Part shown: one piece after another, positions 51,161 through 64,000 of the stretch
Layout: each line of letters opens with the position of its first letter
Position numbering within the stretch: the stretch's first letter is position 1
Assembly: GCF_009834535.1 (NCBI RefSeq)
Contig: NC_045696.1
Span: 109,494,001 to 109,558,000, forward strand
Direction of reading: 5' to 3'
DNA: 64,000 bases
From: Camelus ferus
Taxonomy: Eukaryota
The notes under the pieces: generated by a model
What the model was told of the DNA's origin: nothing
Databases searched by the model: none
The model's input: the letters and a program-made list of their open reading frames with translations, nothing else
Position numbers and translations under genes: made by a program

Positions 51161-51611
51161 ATGTGGTCCCACCAAATGCCCAAGTGAATTAAGGGGCCCA
51201 GTTCACAGGTGAGCTTGACCATATGGATGTGGTCAAGGTCCTCTGACCTCTTGTGTGGCTCCTGGCTGTGACCTCACCCCTCTAGCCTTTGGCCTCTGTC
51301 TAGCACATCAGGCAGGAGGCACCACCAGTGTCTTGCTAACCCCGTGTGGTCATAGTAAGGATGCAGTGAGGGGACAGGTAATGAAAGGTGCTTCATAAAT
51401 GCACATTCTGCCCACATCCCTCTGGCAAGGGCCCCACTTTCTTTATTCTTTGCACAGGTAGGGCAAGCCTCCATGTCAAGAGAACTGTCAACGTGCAAAT
51501 AGTAGATGCTCAGTTAATGACATCTGGTTTTTGCAGTTACTGCAGTAAAACATACCGAATGTCCTTTCAGGAGACCATGCCCCCTTCTCTGTGGTCCAGC
51601 TTTGTGGGTAG

Positions 51612-51854
<243 letters not shown>

Positions 51855-52649
51855 TAATGGGAGCCAATGGTGAGGAGATGCTCTTTGCTGAGGCCAGAAC
51901 CCAGATGTGGCTGCCACACATCTTCCTTTCTGCTTCTTCCACTCTCCTCTCTTCTTTTCCTCTTTTGACCTTATCTCTTATGTGGTGAAAGAGAAAATCA
52001 GGTCTTGAATAGTATGCTCAATTATGAGAAGAAACCAGAGAGTCCTAGTGGACCACCAGCAATCAGGGTTAGGGTTCTGTTTTTTTAGAAGCACCAGAAA
52101 CGAACTGGTTTGGTCTCAGGATAAATCTGTAGGGCTGTGAGCCTCAGGAACCAGGAAATAGCTATGTTTAGCATCAGCTCTATACTGGCTAGAATTACAG
52201 GGTCTCATTGAACTGCCAAAGAAAGATGAGAGATGGGGATTTGAAAAGATCTGAGAAAGAACAATGAAAGTGATGGCAGACTTGAAAAATTAGGACAGGT
52301 GAGGAAGAGGGCAGGTAAAGTACACCTGTCGGTTTGCACAAGGCAGCAGGGTTTTAAGTTTTAGGTCTGGCTTCGTGTTCAGGAAGGGCTTTGAGGCCCA
52401 GGAGGGGAGGTGCTGAGAAGGAGCACTTAACTTTTTTTCCACTGGGAGCCACCTTTCAACACCTCTTCTTTTAGATTTTGCCTAATGAGGTGGCAACACT
52501 TGGAGATGCCTTACTTTTCAGCCTTGTTGTTTCCTCTGTCTTTCACTGTGAAAGAACCTCTCCTGTCCCTGGTGGGTTTGAGGGAAGGGAGGGTCCCCCA
52601 GAACGCCCCCTCCCCCCGTTAGTATTGGTGTTTTGACTGTGAGTTGAGA

Positions 52650-52885
52650 GACCAAGAAAGCTTTCACTGGGAGGTTAGCCCAGGGCTTTGTCATCAGACT
52701 GGCTTCTTGTTCTGGCCCTGTTCTTTATTAGTTGGGGAGAGTTTCTTAACTTATCTGATCTTCAGTTTTCTCATTCACAAAAGGAGTGTCATTCATTGTA
52801 GACTTACAGTGATGACGGTGCATGAACAGCCCTCGGGCGCAGTGCCTGGCATTAAGAGATGCTCCATTACTGTTAACTGGCATTA
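52650..52885 (+). mobile_element. MIR SINE (degenerate)
   Basis: ttcttaacttatctgatcttcagttttctcattcacaaaagg...cagtgcctggca. Confidence 0.6.
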
Positions 52886-53503
52886 GTATAATTTTATTAT
52901 AATTTCAGCAAAGCTCCAAACTGTGGTTTATCGGCCTCCTATCCCAACTTTCCCCAAAGAAGATCCTGAATTTCAGATATGGGGGACAATGAGACTGATG
53001 AGATCAGCCAGTGAAACCCCTTGGTTGAAGCTTGGGGGATGGAGTGACCTGGACACTGGCTACGTAGACCCAGAGGCAGGAGCCATCTAGACCCTGAATG
53101 GCCTCAAGGGGCCGCAGCCCAAGCCCAGATGAAAGAGAAGGGAAGGGAAATATCGCCCATGACTCTCCCATAGCACCTGCCATCTGTCTCATCAGAGTCC
53201 TGATTGGTTGGCTGTCTTGACCCTTCTACAGTAAGGGGTTTGTCAACCGAGACTTTCCAACAACTAGTTGATAGGTTCAGGCTCCTCCTGGTAGAAGAAA
53301 TGGAGAGGGGCCCTGAGCACAGGCCAGCGTCAAACTCCCCGTTGGCTCCAAGAGGCATAATTCGGATCCCTGGGTGGCGCTGGCCCAAGACAAACAGAGA
53401 CGCACAGGCACACTAACAGGCGGGGAACTCACACTGGGCTGGAAAGGAGAGGTTTTCCTTTGGTCTTGCTTTGTTTGATTCCCGTTTCCTGTTTTGTTAG
53501 CAG

Positions 53504-53669
53504 GACACCAAGTTCTATACATCCACAGCCTCCCGCCTGCCGCAGGCACTGCTCGTGCCCGGACTCTATCTTCCACCCGGTCTGCGGAGACAATGGGGTT
53601 GAGTACCTCTCCCCTTGCCATGCCGGCTGCAGCTACATCAATGTCAGCTCGATAGCCACCAAGCAGGCG
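53504..53669 (+). CDS. SLCO2A1: SLCO2A1 exon 10, Kazal-like extracellular loop ([56 protein letters not shown])
   Basis: ttagcag|G acceptor (tandem TAGCAG), GCG|gtaagg donor, 166 nt, phase 2/0. Confidence 0.95.
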
Positions 53670-54319
53670 GTAAGGGCCAGGGCAGTGTGTGTCCTCGCAG
53701 CCTGCTCCTCCGGGGATGGGCGGGGCTCCACCCAACTAATTCCCAGCATCCTGGACACACCCATCTTCTCTGCACCTCCCTCCTTTAAGGTCAAGACCAG
53801 ATTCCTACAGCCCAAAGTCAATTAACGATTGGCTGATGTCCAAAAATTCACATTCCTGAGGCCCAACAGTGCTCAGAGCAGAAATGAGCCAGAGCACTCT
53901 TTCCACGGAGGCCTGCCAGTCTCACCCTGACGGGTGCTAGTGGGCATGTTGCAGTCCTGCACCCTGGCCTTACTGCCGAGCCACATGGGTGGGCCCAGAT
54001 AAATAAAGGGCAGAAGACCTCTGCAGTGTGGCCCCGGATGGTTAGAGCTGGCAGTAGTGACGGAGGGCATTTAGTTCCACCCCTCCTGACACTCCGCAGC
54101 TGACCTGAAGTCTACATCTGTTCAGGGGCAAATCTGGGACTAGAACCCAGGGCCCTGCCTCAGCCTGGGGCACATCTGTTCAAGATCAGGTATCTCCCAG
54201 CCACCAGTCTTCTGATCACACAACCCACATTCACTGCGCTCACTTGGCAAGGTCCTGGCCAGCCTTCTGAGCACTGCAGCTCCCGGCCTTCTGGGATCAG
54301 CCAGCTGCAAGCCAATTCA

Positions 54320-54720
54320 AGTTGTTCAACAAATACTTAGTGAACACCAGACAGCCACGGTGCTGAGGATTCAGCAAGGAACCCACCAGACCAGGTCCCT
54401 GCCCTCACGAGTTTGCATTCTACCAAATAAATGCACAAGGGAAATTTAGAAAGTAACCCATCCCATGAAGAGACTTAATCGGACAGAGAGTGCCTGGGGG
54501 CCTTCCTGAGGAGGTGACTTTAAGAACTGAACAACCAAGAGAAGACAATGTTATGAAGACCTGGGAGTAAAGTGTTCCAGGTGCAGGAAGGGCAAGCACA
54601 AGGCCCCAGGGTGTGAATGAGCTGGTGTAGAAGAGAGAGAAGGCCAGGGCTGGTGCGGAGTGAGGGGCAGTGGCAGAGTGCTCTGACCAGGGAACAGGCA
54701 GGGGCCGGAGCCCGGCAGGC
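54320..54720. mobile_element. L2 3' fragment
   Basis: ttcaacaaatacttagtgaacacc...gtccctgccctcacgagtttgcattcta...gttccaggtgcaggaagggcaagcacaaggccc. Confidence 0.7.
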
Positions 54721-55926
54721 CAGGCTTAGGACTTGGGTGTCCTTTTCCTGTGAGCACTGGGAAGTCTGTCCTCCCTGAGGATGCCCCAAGGAGAGGACTG
54801 AGTCTTATCCCTTTAAGCCTGTGTGGAGGGCAGGGGCAAGGCTAGCCCATCCACAGGCAGGGATTACTATCCTCCTCTGAGAGGACAGGGCAAGGCTGCA
54901 TCCACAGCCACCTGTGTGGGCAGAGGAGCATGGTTCTCGGCAGCAGGAGGCCAGAGAATTGGGACAGGATGCTCCCTCGGCTGCCTCCTTGCCGGAGGAG
55001 TCTGTGGTGGCTTTTGTGGCTTTCTTATCTTTATTTACTTACCTCTGACTCATCTACTTCCAGAAATAATCTTGACAAGTTTCCAATAACAGCACAAGCA
55101 CATCAGGACCAAAACCCATTAGCATCATATCAAGAAAAAAGAATAGCAAATTATAAGGAAAAATATCGATGTTTAAAAAAATCCAGACTGAGGGAAGTAG
55201 CAGCAACAGTGTAGATAACTTAATTCTGAGCTTCCCAGCAGCCAAAGTAAAGAGGGTATGTAGTTCCAATGTCTGATAGAAGGAAGCATACCAGCTCATT
55301 AGCTCCAATCTTGGCTCTATAACTGCTTTGACACTTGAATAGTCGTAGGCTGGTCCATCAGACACTGTGAGAGGGAAGTTGAGGCCACCTGACACTGGCA
55401 GTGGCTGCCAAGGGAAGTGAGACTTGCAGACTAGAAACAGAATCCTTTACAGATAGGAGGAATTCCTCTCAGGCAGGAAGCTCAGTGGATTCCACTGTGT
55501 TCCCACTGCTATGTCCTCTTGTTTTTATCTTCCTAACCATCCCTGCAGTAAACACACAAACAACAAAAACAACAACCCACAAAACCACAACTGCTGGGCA
55601 CAGGATGGCCTGGCCCAGAGGAGAGCCCTCCCAGCTCCTGGTCCCTAGCTGGGTGGGCCTCGCCTGGTGGTGGAATCCTGTGTATCCTTGTGGGTGGAAC
55701 TGTGGGAGGAGCCCAGCCCACCCTGGTCAACTGCTTTTGGTGAAGATGATTTCTGTTGCCCAAACAGTGGTCAGACGCGGGCTCCAGGGGGCACCTGAAA
55801 CTCTCACCTGGTCTCTTCAGCCTCTGCATCCAGCATCACCAGGGCAGAGGGGTGAGAAGGCATTTGAAGTGTGGGGAGGCAAAACAGTAACAGCAGGTTT
55901 CCCGTTTCCCTCCCTCTCCCTCCAAG

Positions 55927-56091
55927 ACCTACTTGAACTGCAGCTGCGTGAGCGGGGGATCAGGCTTCAGCAAAGACCGGCCCTTGCCCCATCCCCTGTG
56001 CCCACTTCCTGCTGCCGACCGTCTTCCTCATCTCTTTCGTGGCCCTCATAGCCTGCATCTCTCACAACCCCCTCTACATGATGGTTCTGCG
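55927..56091 (+). CDS. SLCO2A1: SLCO2A1 exon 11 ([12 protein letters not shown] / [42 protein letters not shown]) with one extra base at 55962-55964
   Basis: ctccaag|ACC acceptor, CG|gtgagt donor; 165 nt where 164 is required to keep frame; the two halves match the known protein in different frames. Confidence 0.95.
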
Positions 56092-56769
56092 GTGAGTGTG
56101 CCTCTTCTTCCCCGTGCTTCCCTCACTTTGTATGTACCCAGCTGCCCCCATCTCGGCTCTCCTGGCCCTCAGAGTCCTCCGGACACGGATGTGTGATGGT
56201 CTTGGGGTGATACAGGGAGATAATGCTGGTGCAGCAGTGCCAGGGGCCCGTGTGACATCCCTCACTGCAGCCTCACTCGTCTCACGGCGTCCGTGCACTT
56301 CTGTCCTGCACGTGGAGGGACCACGCCAGGCTACCTGGCTCCACACTGTGGACTCGCCTATAGATTCACTTATCTTTAAGTCCTAAAAGAACTGAGAGGA
56401 GGGAGGAGAATTTCAGTTGGATGCACAAAATCAAGGAAGGAAAATGAGGAAGGTTCTAGGGGCAGAATGATGACTATGGGAAGGATGCAAATGAGGAAAG
56501 TCCAGTGTGCTAGGAGCCAGGTCAGAAGGGCGGGGCTGACCAGGCAGGAGTGGGGGAGGGCAGAGGTGTCCCTGAGGTTTGGACAGCGAATGACCCTCCC
56601 TTCACCTCACACTCTGTGAAGGAGGAAATAACATTTCAACCAAGTTCGCATACTCACCCCCTGCTCGCCTCCCTCCTGTCCTCTCCTGCCTCGCACGCAC
56701 GCAGAGAGGGAGAACCACAGGATTTGGAAGCCCAGGGCCAGGGTCAAAGGCCCATCTCTCCCCTACGCT

Positions 56770-56930
56770 GGCGGAATGTGCTTGGGTGTTGCCAGCCTCG
56801 CTGGGTCTCAGTTTTCTCATTTATGAAAGTGGGTTAATGATACTGACCTCAAAAGATGGGTGTGAGGGTTTATATGGTAAAATGGTTTGTAAAGACAAGG
56901 TACTCTGCATATTGATTGTCACTATTAACA
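56770..56930 (+). mobile_element. MIR SINE
   Basis: ctgggtctcagttttctcatttatgaaagtgggttaatgatactgacctc. Confidence 0.7.
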
Positions 56931-56988
56931 TTATTATTATTACTAGCTAGCTAAGTAGCAATGACCTATTTCCCAGAAGGCTAGAAGA

Positions 56989-57456
56989 TGAGGAGGGTCT
57001 GAGATTTTACCCTGTTTACAAGTTAACTTGCAAACTACCAAGCTCCTGTTTCTGTTACTGCTTCACAAGGATGCTGGCAGAAGCCAGGAGACTCCTGGGT
57101 CAAAGGCGAAGGACTTTGTTGCTCACAGCACAGCAAACAGCGTGAACCCCCTATTGCATCGTTTATCTGTGCCCCGCCAAGTCCTGCTGGGTGACATGGA
57201 GGGGCCCAGGTGTATGTTTCACCTGCAGTGGGTTAGGTCACAGCTGAGGAGCACCGAGCCTGGGAGAGCCACTGCTAGTACAGAGCAAGCTTGCGCCTGG
57301 TCTAGGGGAAGATTTTGTCCTCAGGCCTCGAGGTTGCTCCTTGCAACCACGACCCTGAGAAGTGAGCCAGAAGCGAGCAGTCAGATCCTGCATTCTTAGT
57401 ATACTCTGCAAGACCGCCTAGGATGCTCAGAGCCCAGGGAGTATTCCTCTCCCAGC
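56989..57456. mobile_element. ERVL-type LTR (MER77/MER21-like)
   Basis: Begins tgaggagggtctgagattttaccct...ggatgctggcagaagccaggagactcctgggtc...ggactttgttgctcacagca; end approximate. Confidence 0.6.
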
Positions 57457-58421
57457 ACCACCTCAGCCTCTCCTCTGCTGCCCCCATCCGCGCATTCCAA
57501 GTACCTGCACCTTCACCCAAGGCCCCTGTGGGGCTCCCTTCTGGCACCCAGCGTCAGATGGACCATGGTGGACCCAGGAATCCTTAGACAGGTGTGTGGG
57601 TGGCCATGACGAGGAGCGGGAATAGGAGAAAGAGATTTCATAAGGAAATCCCTGAGCAGCGAGGCTGAGGGTTGGGGTGCGTCAGATCACTTCCCCGAGG
57701 ACGCTCAAGCCCCAGTGGTGGGGAAGGAGGGAGGGAGAGCACAGGATGGGCTTTTCTGGAAAACCTCTCCCTTCGAAGTCTGGTCAGGGGCTGGACTGAA
57801 TCTGGAGAAGAGGCCCCAGGATCCCAAAATGGTTTAAAGATAAATCCCTCTGAGAAAGAGAAAAGAGTGGATGCTGTGTAATGTGGAGAAGCTGAGGTTT
57901 AAAGATGACTTTGTCTGTGACAGGAGCCTCCTTTGTGTCCATCCTGGTCCCTGGCCAGGCACAGAAATACAGGTTGGGAGTGAAGGTTTGCCAGAAACAT
58001 GTCAGGAGAGGGGGTGGTCAGCGGGCCAGTGTTAATTCAGGGCTGAAGGGGCAGAGACCAGGAGGGGCCCAAGATCTCCATCAGAACCAAATTGAGGTTC
58101 CCGAGACCCACTTGATTGAGAATGCAGGGAGTCTGCCTGGGGTTAAGGACCACAACATGGAAGGTCTGCTGTGGACTAGGCCAAAGGAGGGGTCTGTGGG
58201 CAGTAAAGGGCGCGTCCATTAGATTGAGATCTGAGGCGCTTTCCACTGGGGGGATCCCAGCAGGTACCTCTCCCCTGCTCCACCCCAGTGGGCATTCTGA
58301 GAAACTGAAAGAGGGTCCCTTTCCCGTTTGCTAGCAGAACTATGGAAGTAACACAAAACCCACGCCGAGATCTGAGTTTCCCTCCTTACTGTCACCTCAG
58401 CCCCAGATGCTTTCCCTCAAC

Positions 58422-58605
58422 CAGTGGTTCCCAGACCTGAGTGTGCACAGACTCTCCCGGAGGGCTCCTCGCGACACAGACTGCCGGGCCCCCCGCCAGA
58501 GTGTCCAATTCGTCCTCTGAGGCAAGGCCTGAGAATGTTCATCTCCAACACGTTCCCAGGGATGCAGATGTGGCTGGTCCAGCCATCCTGCTCTGAGAAT
58601 CTCTG
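58422..58605. mobile_element. MER5A-like hAT fossil
   Basis: cagtggttcccagacctgagtgtgcacag...gggccccc...tccaacacgttcccagggatgcagatg...ctgagaatctctg. Confidence 0.75.
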
Positions 58606-58706
58606 AAACCAAAAACAGAAGCGCTGGCCAAGGGGAAGCCAGACAGGCCACGCGAGGGCAGGTTCTGACGGAGGGAAGGCACAGCTCTGGGTCCTCCCGC
58701 TGCTGA

Positions 58707-58823
<117 letters not shown>

Positions 58824-60719
58824 TGACCCCAGGTGAGGGGAAATCGGAGGGCTGTGCAGTGCAGGACGCGGATGGGGGAAAGCCCCATCTCATCTCTGTT
58901 GTAAAGAGAAGCTGTACCAACGCAACAGCAAATGCCAAACCCCGTATGGGCGGTTTCCCTGTCATTTGAGGTTAGGAAAGATTCCATCTCAGACATTAAT
59001 TCCAAACTAAATTATGTAAGAAAAAGGAAAAGTGGACACAGTGGAGAATGTCTAAGAGCACGTTGAAGGCAGGTGTTTTTTCATCTCTCTCCAAGAATTC
59101 GCTGTAGGAACAAAAACCTCGTGTTCCTGTCCCAGCCAGAACAGCTGCAGAGCCCTGCCCTGGCTTCCCTTCCATTTTACAAAACCCACTCCTCCCACCT
59201 CAATTCAGCAAAGCGGGGACCTCTGCCGGCAACCCTGCATGCTCTCCAGCAGCCTGGAGCCCACGGAGGAAGGGTGCTGTGTGCGTGGAAGGGAGTGTGA
59301 GCTGAGTGCGGGGTCCCCTCCCTGGGAGTGGGGACACTGCGGGCCTTTCCCAGATGGCTCATGCTAGACTGTCCCTTCTAGACACTTACAGGCACCAGAT
59401 TAAACACAGCACACTAATGTGGAGACCCTGCAGTGACAGGTACTCAAAGTAAAGGGACTGGACACGTTTATTAAAGACCCGGGGGCCCACATGGCCGTGG
59501 GGAGTCTGGTGGCTGCAGTGGAGGGACTTCTGTTGCGATCACGGTGCACTTTCTGACCTTGAACGCTGAAATCCCTGTGGAGCCCACAGTCTGGTCTGCA
59601 CTTGACCCCGCAGTGGCTTCCGGGATCGCTCTGGGGAGACGTCTCTCCTGGGGCCTGCTGCATGCAAGCCCCAGGGGGCCCTCTCCAACCAAGGTTGTGC
59701 AAGGTGTTGGGTGAGGAGTGAACCAGCTTTTTCAGTGGTTGAACATTTCTCTGGACTTTATTTCTATTCAGGGAACATCATTCAGGAAGGTCAGTTCTTG
59801 TGGCCAGTTTCTACCCCTAATTAACCTGGAGACTCGGGAATCAGCAGGGTCTGAGAAGAGAGGCTGGTTCTTGAAGGTTCTCATTTCTGGATGGAGCCGC
59901 AGCAGAAGACTGCCTCTTCCTTTCCTCTAAAGCAGCATCTCACAGGGTCCTAAACAGAATCAGGGAGGCTGTTCTCAGCACAGTGGTTCTGAGAATGGGG
60001 TGGCCTGGCCTAGGTGCGGATCCAGCCAAGCCGCTCCCCAGTCCAGGGTCTGCCCAGAACTGTGGCTAAGGATGCAGGGGCTGGTGTGAGTATTTGGCAG
60101 CTGTAGGGCCTGGGTCTCACCTCTCAGCAGTGTGGAAGTTCAGGGGGCCTGGGGCAGAGGCTCTGAGCAGCCAGGGTGTTGAGGGTCTTCGGAGGGTGTT
60201 GTCTAAGCCAGCAGGGCAGCTTGGCCTAGTGGAAGAACATGGGACTCAAACTTCCAAAAACAAGAGTTCAAAGTCCAGCCCTGATCCCGCCCCGCTACGC
60301 CGTGGTGAGCCGGCCGAGCCCACCTTTCTCCCTGTTAAAATGAGGGCGCCCACCCACCTCCCGGCTGCTGGGAGGCCTTAAGGACTCGTGCCCTCAGGAG
60401 CCTCCTGCCACCCAGTGGAGCCCAGCACGGCTCCACTTGGGCCGATTCCAAGTAGGGGAACTGTGTAATTTGTCTGAGCTGGCGCACGGTGACATCTGTG
60501 ACTCACATGGCCCTGAAAGGATGGCTCAGGTCTCTTTTCTCTCCTAAGACTCAAGTGAGAGAGTAATTCAGGCTTCACGGAAAGCTATTCTGCTTTGCAA
60601 AGTTGCTGTGGATCCTGGGGTGGGGCAGAGCTGCCCTCATGCATGTGAGCCGTGCAGGGGCGCCAAGGGATGTGGGTGGGGCTCGCCGACAGCAGCACCG
60701 TGTGACCTGGGCTCTCTGA

Positions 60720-60866
<147 letters not shown>

Positions 60867-61365
60867 TGAGGGCCCCGCGTGCCCAGGCCAGGCCCCAGGC
60901 CCGAGCTGAGGGCAGTTGTCTGCTCTAGCAGTCAGGGAGCTGTCAGGCCTCTGACTGGGAGGACCAGAGGGGTGCTGCCATGGGCAGGGAGCGGGGGCCA
61001 CCAGTGACACGCATTTTGGGGCTCACAGAGAGCCGTCCAAGAAACAAGCCCCAGGGACTGCTCCGATGTGGCCCCCTGTCTGTGATCCCCCCTGGCTCTT
61101 GGGAGGGACAGCAGCAGAAAGAGTTTTGTCAAAGGGACAGAGGGTGGCTGGAGCCCAAGGGAGAAGCCATGGCTGTGCAGTGATGATGCCAGGCCAGCCT
61201 CCTGCTGCTCAGAAAGAGGTGGCCCTTCCTGGCTCCTGGCAGAGGCCAAGGGCAGGTGGGTGCAACCTGCCTCAGGTGTCCGAGCCCAGCTGCAGTGCAC
61301 CCTGAGTTCTGCACCCCTTCTGGCCACCTCACCTGCTGCCTCATGCAGACAGAAGCAGTGAGGTA

Positions 61366-61534
61366 GGGGGTGGGGGTATAGCTCAATTGTAGAACATGTG
61401 CTTAGCATGCACAAGGCCCTGGGTTCAATTCCCAGTACCTCCATTAATTAATTAATTAATTAACGAACAAACAAACCTAATTACCTCCCCCTCAAAAAAC
61501 TTAAAACAAAAACATGAAAACAAACAAACAAAAA
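61366..61534 (+). mobile_element. tRNA-Ala(AGC)-derived SINE (camelid Vic-1-like) in intron 13
   Basis: gggggtatagctcaattgtagaacatgtgcttagcatgcacaaggccctgggttcaattcccagtacctcca (61372-61443) followed by (TTAA)5, acctaattacctccccc and an A-rich tail. Confidence 0.9.
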
Positions 61535-61691
61535 GCAACCGTGGGGAGAGTGGGCTCGAGGGGCTGGATGGGGTCTGGAAGTGCTGTAGGAGTGGCATAG
61601 AAGGCCGGGAGAGGGTCGGCCGAGAGGGCAGCGGGAAGCTACCCTCTCCTTCTGGCTCTGCTGGGAAGTTGGGACCCTGCAGGTTGACTGA

Positions 61692-62111
<420 letters not shown>

Positions 62112-64000
62112 CTGTGACCTCGGCCCGCGCCCTGCTTGCGGGAGCGGACCCTGCCCCACACCTGCCTATATTACTAATGTTAACATGGCGTCTCCTTTTT
62201 GTTTCCTAAATAAGAAAGAAAACCCCATTGCCATTTTCCCTCCCTGTCCCCTCCTCCCAAAACCCCCACCCCTAGGGTCCCTTAGGGCTGCTGTGCACCT
62301 GGGCCCGGTGGGCACAGAGCTGGAGGGCTGGGTCTTCCCTGGCTCCTTGGGAGGGGCCCCAACCAGAGGCCCAGGCTCACCCTGCCCGACGAGGATGCTC
62401 ACTGAGGCAGCTCTGTCCCCCACCAACCCTGCAGGGGATGGTTTCCTAAGTGGGGAGACCTCTGGGTCTCTGCCCAGAGGAAGAAGTGAGGGGCTGAGTT
62501 ATTATTGGCCCGAACCAGCCTAGGGGTAGCCTGGCTCAGCCGCCTCTGCATCTGGGTTTAGCACCAGCACAGACCCCAGGAGGGGCTGGCTCCCTTCCCC
62601 TCAGATGCTCGCTCCCTGCCCCGAGAGGCCACTTTGGGAACTGCCGGGTTGGGAAGTGTGGCCAGCCAGCTGCTCCCTCTCTCACCCACACTCAGGCACC
62701 AGAACTGGGACTAAGACACCCTGAGAATGGGTCATCCAAGTGCTGTTCCCATGAACTCTGGACCCTGCCGTGCGCGGCTCTGCGCACATTTATCTGTCTT
62801 TCCGGGGGTACTTCTCAAACTGGGAAAGCCACATCCTGGGGAAGCCGAGGCAGGCTGTGGGTGGCCATGATGCCACCCCCGCCCCACAGTGTGAAGACAA
62901 GACTCCTCCTCTCAAAGTGATGGGAAGACCCTCCCCAAGTTTCCTCGGGTGCAGATGACCGTGGCTTCACACTGGCTCCCCTGTCTGGACTTAGCCTGTG
63001 GGTCGTGGAGTAAAGAGGTGGTCAGAGATGTCAGCCAAACAAGTGCCGAAACCGAGAGGTTGTCAGAAGCTGCCTAAGCTGGACGGCCAGCTGAGCCCAG
63101 AAAGGACAGGCCTCAGAAGGTGACTTCCCGGGTTCCCAACATGCCTGTTATAATCGTCAACATTTCTCAGCCTCTTCTCAACCCCCCAGGGCAGAGAGGC
63201 GCTGCTGCTGTGGGGTGGAGGTTCAGAGTTAGAAGCCAACAAAGGAGGCCTTTCATCCACAAATACTTTATTTATTGGAGACTGACTTTTGTATAAGGCA
63301 GCGCTAGTGTGTGGTTCTCCCCTGAGCTTCCCTGTGGTCTCACCTCCCCGCCCTCCATCTGTAGAGAGGGCTTGCTGGGCAACGCGGGGGATTCACAGCA
63401 GGAACCAGAGATGGACTGAGCCCACACCTGGCCTTCAGAGACAGAGAGCTGACTCACCCTGTCCCCTGGGGCAGCTGGCCGTTGGTCATGGTCACAGGTG
63501 AATGGAGCTGTTGAGTGTCTCTCCTCTTGGAAGACCCTTCCAGAAGCCACTTTGGGGAAGGCCTCATATGGTAGAATGTCAATGGCCACTCTGCCATGGG
63601 ACCAAAGTCTTTGTGAAGGCCACCGCTACAGACAACCTGATTCCAAAGCCACCAGCTCTGTTTCCTAAGCTCTCACTCAGGAAGGGAGGCTCTATGCAAC
63701 CTCAGGGGCCAGTGTCAGCCTTTAAAATGGTCCTGCTTGGAAAATGATTCCCTGCGACTAATCCTGGTCCTTCTTGCTGCAATTTAACCAAATTCTGAAG
63801 GCGCTGCCTTCAGCTGAGCTCATCAACAGAGAATGCCAACCTTTAGATTCTGGAAGATGGTTGCCCTCTGAAGCCTTTATTCTATTATGATATTGCTATT
63901 AATATAGTATAATTTTGCTACTGATGTAACTTGGTCATGAATTTGCATTGTCATGTATATCTGTCAGAGAGCCAACAGAACTTGTGCCTCTGGCCAGAGG
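62112..64000 (+). other. SLCO2A1: SLCO2A1 3' UTR (probably continues beyond the window)
   Basis: Follows the stop codon in the last exon; I found no AATAAA before 64000; AT-rich distal part at about 63870-63960. Confidence 0.7.

Noticed and set aside
61372..61443. Apparent tRNA-Ala(AGC) gene (also 35353-35427 on the minus strand)
   Set aside because: Both copies have substitutions relative to tRNA-Ala and SINE-type A-rich tails, and one has a TSD, so they are SINE heads.

Overview
Mammalian genomic DNA, most likely a camelid (two tRNA-Ala(AGC)-derived Vic-1-like SINEs). The window lies inside SLCO2A1 (prostaglandin transporter, OATP2A1) on the + strand. It starts in intron 1 (exon 1 not found), contains coding exons 2-14 (21052-62111) with canonical GT-AG sites and mutually consistent phases, and ends in the 3' UTR. 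Main anomaly: exon 11 is 165 nt rather than 164 nt because of one extra base at 55962-55964 (TCA-G-GCT). This frameshifts the protein at about Ala500 into a frame that stays open through exons 11-14 to TAA at 62207-62209. It is either an assembly error or a loss-of-function allele predicted to escape NMD. Second highlight: a very degenerate minus-strand non-LTR reverse-transcriptase relic at about 7880-8400 whose motifs resemble Rex1/Babar-type LINEs. The rest is intronic sequence with L1, L2, MIR, MLT/ERVL LTR and hAT fossils and microsatellites. Repeat families and boundaries were judged by eye and are approximate, and human comparisons are from memory. Nearly all ORF-track entries are spurious.
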